Sequence record: NC_023557.1 | Direction: 5' to 3' (one strand) | DNA: 64,000 nt | In this document: in pieces, positions 55,619 to 64,000 of the stretch | Layout of the letters: each line of letters starts with the position of its first letter | How positions within the stretch are numbered: the first letter of the stretch is position 1 | Translations under genes and position numbers: made by a program | Notes under the pieces: generated by a model | Seen by the model: only the letters and a program-made list of their open reading frames with translations | What the model was told of the DNA's origin: nothing | The model's database searches: none

Positions 55619-56689
55619 ATGGCTGGAGTGGATATTGGGCAATCGATTCAAAACTCGATTAAGGCAGCAGGTTCAGTAACAACCAACGCCGTGAACAAAG
55701 TTCAATCAACTTTTGTCGGAGGCGTGAAAGAAGACCTGGCATTAATCGATGCCAAAGCGAAGTCAGCGGTACAAACCCTGAACTCGTTTAAAGATACCCA
55801 GATTGGTGCGATCGATGGCTTTATCAAGAAAGTCTCCGGGGGTGCGCTCAGCATCTCTGAACTCTCGAGCATCATCGACGTACGCAACGGGATCAGCATT
55901 GACTACCAGCGCCTCTATCGTCGACTAGGGGACGCGGCGGGTTTCCCGATGGATTCAATCATTGGGATGACAGCTGATCTTAAAATGGAAGTGGCGAATC
56001 TCCTTGATGCCTATTCCAGCAAGAACTACACCTACCTGCTTAATAAAGCCGGGGTGAAGATCGGGGTCAATGACTCGAGTTACCAAGCGGCGCAATTGAT
56101 TGCTGGTGTGATCAGTAAGATGTCCAAGTCGGACTCTGACTTTAATACCATGGTGGATGAAGCAGCGCAACTGGCGCTGTTAAATGTCATGGTGCGTAAT
56201 GCGGTGCAGGTCGGACTCTGGTCAGGGATTGATACCTTACTGGGTCAGTACACTGATAAAGCAGCCGGGATCACCAACCTCGCGACCTGTGCCCAGATCT
56301 CAATTCGGGGTGGGGATGTCTTTACCACCAAGTACATCATTGATACGGTCGGGATTGCGCGGGTCACTGCACTGAACACGGATTTCCTGACTGACATGTT
56401 GCGTTACTTTAAGTTCAAGAGTGATGTGACTGCGGATCAATACGCGAACTACCTGGCGACGTTGACTTACTGTTTACAGCAGGCCGAAGCCGATTGGGCG
56501 TATATGCAGTTCGGTACAGTGCGGGCATTACGGTTAAAGCCGTTCACCAATGCGTCAACGGATGCGATCACTCTGTTCCAGCATACTGACGAATACCGTC
56601 AGCACGTCATGATTGCCCGGACTTATCCACCCCGTGATCTGATGGATTTACTGAAACAGAATTACCCATACATGGCTGTCGTGCAATAA
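55619..56689 (+). CDS. probable virion (tail) structural protein
   Basis: GAGGT RBS; lies among tail genes. Confidence 0.55.
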   Translation: MAGVDIGQSIQNSIKAAGSVTTNAVNKVQSTFVGGVKEDLALIDAKAKSAVQTLNSFKDTQIGAIDGFIKKVSGGALSISELSSIIDVRNGISIDYQRLYRRLGDAAGFPMDSIIGMTADLKMEVANLLDAYSSKNYTYLLNKAGVKIGVNDSSYQAAQLIAGVISKMSKSDSDFNTMVDEAAQLALLNVMVRNAVQVGLWSGIDTLLGQYTDKAAGITNLATCAQISIRGGDVFTTKYIIDTVGIARVTALNTDFLTDMLRYFKFKSDVTADQYANYLATLTYCLQQAEADWAYMQFGTVRALRLKPFTNASTDAITLFQHTDEYRQHVMIARTYPPRDLMDLLKQNYPYMAVVQ

Positions 56690-56692
56690 CCA

Positions 56693-56728
56693 ACATAAGG
56701 AGAGGGCAAACGCCCTCTCCTCTATGCC
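56693..56728. terminator. bidirectional hairpin with TATG tails
   Basis: ACATAA-GGAGAGGGC..GCCCTCTCC-TCTATGCC. Confidence 0.7.
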
Positions 56729-56767
56729 GTCTTTTTTTTTTGGTTCTAAATTAAATATACGTCCCTT

Positions 56768-58756
56768 CTAGTTCCTATAAGTGCCCTCGACAAATGCGCT
56801 GATAGCCTGCCCGACCAGCGAGGACGAGAAGGTTGCAGCCATTTGGGTTGGAGACACCCACTGTTTCACATCGAGCTGGGTTTTGGCTAACACGCGTGCC
56901 AGTTTGTCTGAACGGTAGATCTGTTCATTCAACCCCATGCCAGACAGCACTGCCAGATAGTCGGAGTAGTTGTTGTCATCGGTCATGAGCTTAGCCGCCG
57001 CACGTGCCGGGTTGGTTAAGTCACCCGGGTTTAACGCAGGGTCGATCGGTGCATGCAACATTGGCGACATATCGGCCACCGAGAACGTCACGTCAATCCC
57101 CAAAGGATGTTTGTCTTTGTTCCAGCCCACGTTACCCACACCACGTTGAATACTCATTGAGTCGATCATCCCTAAACGGGTCTGTGAACGACCTTTTGAA
57201 TACGCTTCGACTAAGAACGGTGAGGTATAGGCCTGAGCGCCCACAGAACGCGGTAGGACCATGTTTAACAAACAAACCAAGGGAATGATCAGGTTCTGGA
57301 TGCGTGCCACTGGGTGGCCGTACGGAGAGCGTAGATTGATGGTGTACGTTTCCCGGGGTAAGGATGCCGTCGACCCGGTCCAGTGCTGTGGGATCTCAAT
57401 ATAACCTTGCCCCAACATCAGGTTAACAATCCCGCCAAGACTAGTGCCCGACGCATAACCTTGGACTACCTGCATACTGGAGTCAATCAAGGCATCGATC
57501 GGTGCAAAGCCAGTCTTACCACCGCCAGCCATGAAGCGAGCATCCTGTGCTGCAGTAGACGCACCGTTCAGTATCCCGGTTAACTGGTTTTCACCAAACG
57601 AACTCTGGAAGGATTCCCCGATCGCCCCGTTATGGTTGACCTTGAAACCAATAAAGGAACCGCCATCCCGCAACTCCGATTCCATGTGGTCGAGTACACT
57701 GTTAAAGAACCCGGTGGATTTCTCCACATCAGTGACCGACGCAGCATCACCTGTGGCAGTTGGTGCAGTTACTCCGGTATCGCCATCAGCATCCGTGGTG
57801 TAGTTCCCCGCCCCTTCCATCCCGGTACCAGACGGATCTTTCACCTGACCCAATCCCGAATTGAAGTAGGACTGCAGATATGTGGTCAGATTAGACTCTG
57901 GGCTGTCGCCAGCCGGATCGGTCCATTCGTTACCGTGTTTGTTAATCGCCCGGATCGCACTGTTACGTTCCGTTACCGAAGAGGACTCGATACGCTGGGC
58001 CAATGCTTTCTGCCAACGAATGTGTTTACGGTTTGCACGGTTAGCAAGATAGAAAAGGTCAACAGAACCATCAGCACGCCACAAACCAGGCAACATGTTC
58101 GCAAGCAGTTTACGCTCGTTCGGTGTGTAAGCAGAGAAGTCAAACGTTTGTTCCTTAGCCTGAGCATGACGCGTACGGAATGCCGGTGGGATAATCCCCA
58201 TGTTGATCATGATGGCGTTCAGCATGTTGGTGCAGGATTTCCAATAGAGCGGCATCGCGTTCTTGGAGTAATAGAACTTGGATTTCGGAATCCCCATCAA
58301 CCAGGTGACGGTAGTGTAGGTGACCGAGATGGCCTGCAGTGGCCAGTGCACAATCGCTGACGCGGCTTCGGCAAAGTGGAACAGCCAGCCCGGAGCACGT
58401 CCGGTACGCGCCAGGTAGGCGGCATTGGCATCAAACATGTTGGCCAGGAAACTGAAGATCCCGTTGAACTCCGGCACCCCCATACGGAAATAGACCACAT
58501 CGGCATTGTCATCGATGTTAGCACTATAGTCCGACCCCATTCCACCAAACTGATCATTCCACCAACGACTGGCACGAATGTCACAGCTCGGTGACCACTG
58601 AGGCGGTGGGTTAATCCAGAAGTTACCACCCGGGGTTGTGTCTGTGAATTTGTTTCGGGCCTTCTGATATTGCCTACGGTCTTTTAACCCGTCATCAATA
58701 TTTACACCAGAAAGCATAAATGCCTGTTGTAAATAATCATGGTCTTTAATGTTCAT
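56768..58756 (-). CDS. tail tip/baseplate protein (phiKZ gp182-like)
   Basis: 662 aa, directly downstream of gp181-like gene; GLGGN-type NKFTDTTPGGNFWINPPPQ start. Confidence 0.7.
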   Translation of the reverse strand: MNIKDHDYLQQAFMLSGVNIDDGLKDRRQYQKARNKFTDTTPGGNFWINPPPQWSPSCDIRASRWWNDQFGGMGSDYSANIDDNADVVYFRMGVPEFNGIFSFLANMFDANAAYLARTGRAPGWLFHFAEAASAIVHWPLQAISVTYTTVTWLMGIPKSKFYYSKNAMPLYWKSCTNMLNAIMINMGIIPPAFRTRHAQAKEQTFDFSAYTPNERKLLANMLPGLWRADGSVDLFYLANRANRKHIRWQKALAQRIESSSVTERNSAIRAINKHGNEWTDPAGDSPESNLTTYLQSYFNSGLGQVKDPSGTGMEGAGNYTTDADGDTGVTAPTATGDAASVTDVEKSTGFFNSVLDHMESELRDGGSFIGFKVNHNGAIGESFQSSFGENQLTGILNGASTAAQDARFMAGGGKTGFAPIDALIDSSMQVVQGYASGTSLGGIVNLMLGQGYIEIPQHWTGSTASLPRETYTINLRSPYGHPVARIQNLIIPLVCLLNMVLPRSVGAQAYTSPFLVEAYSKGRSQTRLGMIDSMSIQRGVGNVGWNKDKHPLGIDVTFSVADMSPMLHAPIDPALNPGDLTNPARAAAKLMTDDNNYSDYLAVLSGMGLNEQIYRSDKLARVLAKTQLDVKQWVSPTQMAATFSSSLVGQAISAFVEGTYRN

Positions 58757-58818
58757 TCACCAACTCCGAATGATTAAGAATAAGAAGGCGGGGTATGACC
58801 CCCGCCTGATGTTACTGA

Positions 58819-61800
58819 CTAGCCATTACCGTACTTGCGAGCAAAGCTCACCGGTGGTGTGCCAGCACCACTGGCAGGTGCTTGCGGTGCCGTCGGGGCG
58901 GGCTTGTTCAACATCTGGGTTTGCACCGCAATGAACTGCTTCATGATCTCAACCAACGAGTTCATGTTATTGTCGATGTTCGCCAGGTGGTCTTTACTGC
59001 CAGAGATCGCCGCAGCAGACTCTTTCGGTAAGACCGGTACGGGTGCAGGTGCAGGGGCTACTGTCGTGACCTGCGGGGCATTAGGAACCTGCCCTTGGGT
59101 CGGCTGCATGCGAGGCGGTGTGTTAAGGGTTGGGGTGGTTGGTGTTGGCGTAGACGCATCAGCGGCTGCTTGCTTATCGATAGCCGATGCCGTGGAGTCT
59201 TTGGCATTCGGTGTCGATGAACCTGCAGAAACGGCTGCTGCTACACTTGGTCCGCTTGTTGACTTCAATGCTGGCGCATCGCCCTGGCCCGGAGGTGGTG
59301 TTACGGCATTAGCCGCAGATGCACCCGGTGCAGTCAGCTCAGCTGCCGTCTTCGCTCCCGACAATGCCGGAGTAGAAGGTCCGCTCTGTGCTTGACCGGC
59401 TGCCAAGGTTTGTGCCTGGTTATCTTCAGCTGCATCACCTTGTGGTCCCGCAGACTGATCTTTACCCGACAGAATGTCATCAAACTTCCCAGTCCCCATC
59501 AGATCCGTATACTGTTTGAACAACTGACCACGTTCAGCTAAACCGTGTGTCCCGCCGTTAACCAATTTGGTAACAGTATTCAGATCCCCTTTCTTCGCAG
59601 CTTCCTCAATCCCATTACGCGACTTCCAATACCACAGTGCTGACTTCGCAGCCATGGTTGGGTCAGTCGAGAGTTTATCGGGATCGGACACCAGATCAAT
59701 GCCGAGGCCTTTACTGGCGGCTGCGTAGTTGGCTTTACCGGTCAGCTGCATGAAGCCACGTCCACGGTACTTCCAACCATCACCCGGTTTATCGTTCCCC
59801 ATACGACCGCCGTAGATCGAGTTAGCAATCGCCACTGGACCCGCTGTCGCTAACTGCTGCGCGGCTGCCAGGGTGGGGAAACGGTTAGGCCAGAGCTTCA
59901 TCAGAGTCTCTGCTTTATAACGCAGGTTTTCTTCGAGTTTGCTAAAGCCTCCGGACTCCAGGTGAGTCTGGGCCAAGAGCATGGCGAGTTCTTGTTTATC
60001 CGTAATGCCGGACTTCATGGCTTCACGAATCAAGATACGCGCACCCTCTTCAGCACCTGGGCCTAACTTAATCGGCCCAACCTTCCCGGTGTTGTCAATC
60101 CCCCCACCTGCACCTGCAGCACCGCCTGCAGCACCACCGCCATAGGCTGTCTCGATACGTCCCGTTTCCGGGTTGTATGTTGTTACCTGACGCTGAGAGG
60201 TATAGACTTGACCCGTGCTCGTCTTCACTTGGTTGTTCACCATGTTACCCGACGAGTCTTTACGCCAATCTTTCTCAGTAGTGCCATCGGCCCGTTGTTG
60301 CACACCGCCTTTTACCGCTTCAGCAGAATACTGCGCTTGTTTGACTTGCGCCTTCAGGTTATTCAGGTGGTTTTGAACAACAGAGGCATCATCATTAAGT
60401 TCACCGGTTGACCACGGCGAGGTCTTAATGGTCCAAACAGAGATCGCATTCACGCCATCGCTGTATTTGGCATTGGTCATCGCTGTCGCTGCAGCGAACT
60501 TCAACTCCGGTGGCATCTTCGGTACAGCAAGCGTCGGTCGACTGTCTCCAGTCTGGGTATAGACCGTGCTGGCAAACGCTAAGTACGCCGGTAAGAAGCG
60601 ACGAGTAAACCACGGCTCCCATGACTTGTAAGACCACTGGTTGGATGGGCTCAAACCAAAGCTTGCAGCAACAACCCGGTAGATGTCTGAGGCTTTACCG
60701 TCAAACGTCGCACCGTTATCTGCAAACTTGATCTTGTTAGCCATCACCAGTTCCAACTGCAGGAGTGTCGATACACGATCAACATCCAACGTTGGCAGGC
60801 CATACACTTTCATCCGCAGCGCAGTGAGGTCATCCATCGCCTGACCGGCTTTAGGCAGTAAACCGCCTAAGAGATCCCCGGCACTGACCACAGTACGATC
60901 ACCGGTAAACCACGACGACTCTTTATGCCCAACCGTTTTCAGCTCAGGGATATCGCCATTTGGGTTAATGGCTTTGACCATGTCACTGCTGAGTTCACGG
61001 CTGGAGGCAACCTTATCTATCCCGGTTGCAAAGACCGACGCTGATTTCCCCGTGGTCATCTTCTGAGCTTTGTTGCGCAGACGATCCAGCACATCTTTTA
61101 CCAGCGCTTCGGTCTGTTTGCGATCGGTTGCATTCAGATCCGGGAAGATACGACCAGTAAACATGTACGGGTGATCAGATGACTCATCGAACTGTTGTGC
61201 GCGTTTGGCGATCTCGTACTTCGCCGCTTCATCCGTCGACTTATCCAGATCCATGAAGGCCTGGCTTGGCAGGACTTGTTTCGCCACGGCTTTGTGGGTC
61301 AGGTAAACCGGCTTGAAGCGATGCAGGAACCAACCCGCGAATTGCTCCACTTGATCACGGTCATTCGGGTCATCAACAAACAATGAACCGAGTTGTGCGA
61401 TTGGGGCTTTCGGGTCGAGTGAGGCATAGCCATCATCGGTGGTTTTGACATACGGCTCTAACGCTGCTTCCAACTTCAGGATGGCCGAGACATGACTGGA
61501 GTCATTATCCGGAACACCATACTGACGCAGACGCATCTGTTGCAGTAATCCCGGGTCATTAAACCAGGTGTATAAGGAACGACCGATAGCACCGCCCCCT
61601 AATGCACCAATGGCCCCGCCCGCAATAGCACCAATGGCTGTACCGACAACCGGCACAACTGAACCGATAGCCGCACCCATCGCTGCGCCACCCAGGATAC
61701 CACCAACACCGGAGCCAGCGGCTTCTGCCACACCTGCGTTATCACCCGATTTGTACGAATCCCACGCTTCCAGTGCTGAGACCCCGGCTGTGACAATCCC

Positions 61801-64000
61801 GCCACCTTTGACCAGTAGCTTCAGGTTACCGGCAACACCACGACCCAACATACCACCTGTACGACCAACAATACCCCGACCGAGACCACGGACACCACGG
61901 GCAGCTTTACCGGCTAAACGACGGATCAGTCCGCCACGTGGACGTGGACCACCGCCTCCGCCAGCACCGCCGCGGTTACGACGACCACCCCGACGCCTGC
62001 GACGCCTGCGACCGCCTTCCTCTTCACCGCCCTCATCATCACCGAGCGCATCGCTGAGTTCATCCATGACGCCTTTGCCGCCGGAGATCACACTACCGAT
62101 CCCTTTGACAATATCGCCGATCCAACCTAACCCTAAGAACTTGGCCAGCCCACCGAGGATACCGAACTCCTTGATACCGGAGACCAGACCAGTAACGGAG
62201 GAGAACAACCCTGCCACCAATCCAAACAGTGTGGTGGGTTTCTCCTTGTCTTTGGCGTGGTCATCAGAGTCATGTGCGTGTTGGGCTTCTTCACGTTCTT
62301 TCTTCTGTTGAGCACGGCGACGAATCAGATCAGCAACCGAGTTATTGCGCACCCCATCGTGATCCGGGTCACTGGCATCTTCCCGTTTCTTATCACGCAA
62401 CATCCGCCATAAGCCACGAGTCGCTTTGAAGCCTAATACTGCCGGCATGACAGTAGTCCACTTCGCAACGGTCAAGACAGGGCTGTTAATATTCGGTAAG
62501 CTTTTGAAGACTTTACGAATCAACCCAGATGACTTGCCTTGGTTACTCATCCGACCCGACAGTTTACGCAACCACCCCTGACGCTCATTCACCGAATCCT
62601 TCATAATGTCAGGATCACCGGTCACTTGCGCAATGGTGGCATCTTTGGTTGCTGTTACGCTATCACGCACAGAAGCCAGGACACCGATGGTTTCACGCAG
62701 CAAGGCATTGTTATCAAGTTGGGCCTGTACAATCGCTGCCGTCTCTGATGCACTACCCGCATCCGGTGCAGTAATCCCTTCAGAAGGTAAGCGAGTGCGT
62801 GAAGCCCGATCCGCCGTACCGTCATTGAACACACCAGAGGAGCGTACGACTTCTGCTTCCTGAGCAATCTCTGAAGCTGCCTCTTCTACAGCTTGACGAC
62901 CAAAGCGACGTTGCAGTTCGGTGGTGGCATTACGCAACGCTTCCTTACCACTGGATGCCGCATTCAGCAACGCTTGTTTCACCGCACTGGTGTCTGGACG
63001 GACTGAGTTGATCTTGCCAAACAAGTTACTGGCACTTTCACCCATGTTACGCAATGAATCACCCAGACCGCCACTACCGCCTGCAGCGCCTGCCGCACCC
63101 GCGCCACCAAAGCCGTTTACGCGATCGCGCAGACTTTGGCCAAGACTGTTATCCAAACGACGAGCAATACGATTAACAGCAGCCTCCCCATATCGCGCAC
63201 GAAGCTGCTGAAGCACCACTTGATAATATTCCGGACTGTTAGCTCGGGCTTGGGAAAGTTGTGCACGGATCTCCTCCTCTTGTTCACGGGTGAGTCGACC
63301 CCGCAGGTTGCCCAGACTATCTGTTACGCCACGACGCAGGTTATCCAGCGTCTCACGCCCCATCTCACCGAGTTCTGCCCCAGGGTTAACATTACTGCCC
63401 CGTTCATTGGAATCTTCCCCTTCACGATCAGGACGATAGTTCGGGTTAGCAATGAACTTCTGCATCATCTCCCAGTACATCTCGTGGTTAAAGACATCCT
63501 GGCCATTAACCCGTTTGATGACGCCCATGTCTTTGAGCTGTGCCCGACTACCACTGTTGGCCATGGTGTTCAGTGACTGCTCGACATTCGGCATATACTG
63601 CGACTGGGCCTGCATAACGTTAGACAGGTTGTTACGCATCTGTGCCAGTTCGGGTGCATCGCCAATCTGATAATCACCAAAGGCTTTGGCCCGACCGGTT
63701 GCTTCCCGGGTATCGAAACGTTTGTGCAAGAACTCATTGATCTCCTGCACTGCTTCTTTATTGGCATTACCCCAACCACTGGACTTCAAGTAGGTGTTGA
63801 CGTTGAAGCCATCACCCGCTTCAGCATCCCGGGCAAAACGCATCGCTAATGCCACACGGGCATTGGGTGAGAGTTCCTGATCGGGGTCGAGGGTTTCCAC
63901 CATGGTATTGAAGGAGCCTGCGGCCGAGGAGAACTCATTGCGATTAAAGATCGACGAACGCAGATCGACGTTCGCCCGTTTCTTGGAAGTGAAGCCGCCC
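58819..64000 (-). CDS. tape measure / tail-associated lysozyme (phiKZ gp181-like) with GH19 domain; 5'-truncated by window edge
   Basis: Frame is open from 63903 to the window end; TM region, Gly-rich repeats; GH19 motifs LAQTHLESGGF..LEENL, YGGRMGN..GDGWKYRGRGFMQLTGKANY, VNGG.HGL..R. Confidence 0.85.
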   Translation of the reverse strand, partial: GGFTSKKRANVDLRSSIFNRNEFSSAAGSFNTMVETLDPDQELSPNARVALAMRFARDAEAGDGFNVNTYLKSSGWGNANKEAVQEINEFLHKRFDTREATGRAKAFGDYQIGDAPELAQMRNNLSNVMQAQSQYMPNVEQSLNTMANSGSRAQLKDMGVIKRVNGQDVFNHEMYWEMMQKFIANPNYRPDREGEDSNERGSNVNPGAELGEMGRETLDNLRRGVTDSLGNLRGRLTREQEEEIRAQLSQARANSPEYYQVVLQQLRARYGEAAVNRIARRLDNSLGQSLRDRVNGFGGAGAAGAAGGSGGLGDSLRNMGESASNLFGKINSVRPDTSAVKQALLNAASSGKEALRNATTELQRRFGRQAVEEAASEIAQEAEVVRSSGVFNDGTADRASRTRLPSEGITAPDAGSASETAAIVQAQLDNNALLRETIGVLASVRDSVTATKDATIAQVTGDPDIMKDSVNERQGWLRKLSGRMSNQGKSSGLIRKVFKSLPNINSPVLTVAKWTTVMPAVLGFKATRGLWRMLRDKKREDASDPDHDGVRNNSVADLIRRRAQQKKEREEAQHAHDSDDHAKDKEKPTTLFGLVAGLFSSVTGLVSGIKEFGILGGLAKFLGLGWIGDIVKGIGSVISGGKGVMDELSDALGDDEGGEEEGGRRRRRRRGGRRNRGGAGGGGGPRPRGGLIRRLAGKAARGVRGLGRGIVGRTGGMLGRGVAGNLKLLVKGGGIVTAGVSALEAWDSYKSGDNAGVAEAAGSGVGGILGGAAMGAAIGSVVPVVGTAIGAIAGGAIGALGGGAIGRSLYTWFNDPGLLQQMRLRQYGVPDNDSSHVSAILKLEAALEPYVKTTDDGYASLDPKAPIAQLGSLFVDDPNDRDQVEQFAGWFLHRFKPVYLTHKAVAKQVLPSQAFMDLDKSTDEAAKYEIAKRAQQFDESSDHPYMFTGRIFPDLNATDRKQTEALVKDVLDRLRNKAQKMTTGKSASVFATGIDKVASSRELSSDMVKAINPNGDIPELKTVGHKESSWFTGDRTVVSAGDLLGGLLPKAGQAMDDLTALRMKVYGLPTLDVDRVSTLLQLELVMANKIKFADNGATFDGKASDIYRVVAASFGLSPSNQWSYKSWEPWFTRRFLPAYLAFASTVYTQTGDSRPTLAVPKMPPELKFAAATAMTNAKYSDGVNAISVWTIKTSPWSTGELNDDASVVQNHLNNLKAQVKQAQYSAEAVKGGVQQRADGTTEKDWRKDSSGNMVNNQVKTSTGQVYTSQRQVTTYNPETGRIETAYGGGAAGGAAGAGGGIDNTGKVGPIKLGPGAEEGARILIREAMKSGITDKQELAMLLAQTHLESGGFSKLEENLRYKAETLMKLWPNRFPTLAAAQQLATAGPVAIANSIYGGRMGNDKPGDGWKYRGRGFMQLTGKANYAAASKGLGIDLVSDPDKLSTDPTMAAKSALWYWKSRNGIEEAAKKGDLNTVTKLVNGGTHGLAERGQLFKQYTDLMGTGKFDDILSGKDQSAGPQGDAAEDNQAQTLAAGQAQSGPSTPALSGAKTAAELTAPGASAANAVTPPPGQGDAPALKSTSGPSVAAAVSAGSSTPNAKDSTASAIDKQAAADASTPTPTTPTLNTPPRMQPTQGQVPNAPQVTTVAPAPAPVPVLPKESAAAISGSKDHLANIDNNMNSLVEIMKQFIAVQTQMLNKPAPTAPQAPASGAGTPPVSFARKYGNG

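Noticed and set aside
57632-58360. 242-aa + strand ORF (likewise 61568..62311 and 58835..59395)
   Set aside because: Shadows of minus-strand tail genes arising from Gly/Ala-rich codons.
61920-62030. Arg-run (GGRRRRRRRGGRRNR) as a separate protamine-like gene or frameshift site
   Set aside because: It is an in-frame low-complexity linker of the tape-measure protein.
1-64000. Prophage or mobile-element features, rRNA, DGR or retron
   Set aside because: No integrase, transposase, reverse transcriptase, att-like repeats or rRNA-like sequence recognised.

Overview
The window is a 64-kb segment of a lytic phiKZ-like (Chimalliviridae-type) jumbo phage. The host is most likely Erwinia or another enterobacterium, judged from an amylovoran-type EPS depolymerase and host-like nrdB, tdk and ygiB genes. 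About 1-43 kb is a mostly + strand accessory/early region with nucleotide-metabolism genes, many small membrane proteins, paralog families and candidate counter-defence genes. About 43-64 kb is the conserved phiKZ core block: head proteins, RNase H, UvsX, a virion RNA polymerase beta C-terminal subunit, a gp182-like tail protein and a gp181-like tape measure/lysozyme that runs off the right edge. I saw no rRNA, canonical tRNA, CRISPR array, integrase or transposase. Highlights: (1) an unannotated 47-aa ORF that looks like a free-standing ribonucleotide reductase alpha C-terminal redox tail (..DCEGCKI), with nrdB present but no nrdA in the window; (2) a SLOG / DarG-like macrodomain / NADAR-SLOG cluster that could erase both known kinds of DNA ADP-ribosylation; (3) an HslU-like ATPase without the HslV-activating tail, next to a transglutaminase-like Cys protease; (4) four early membrane proteins sharing an F-x7-EP motif; (5) a Tad2-like protein; (6) recurring promoter, hairpin-TTATGCC and TTAACC motifs. 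All family assignments come from motifs recognised by eye; no database searches were run.
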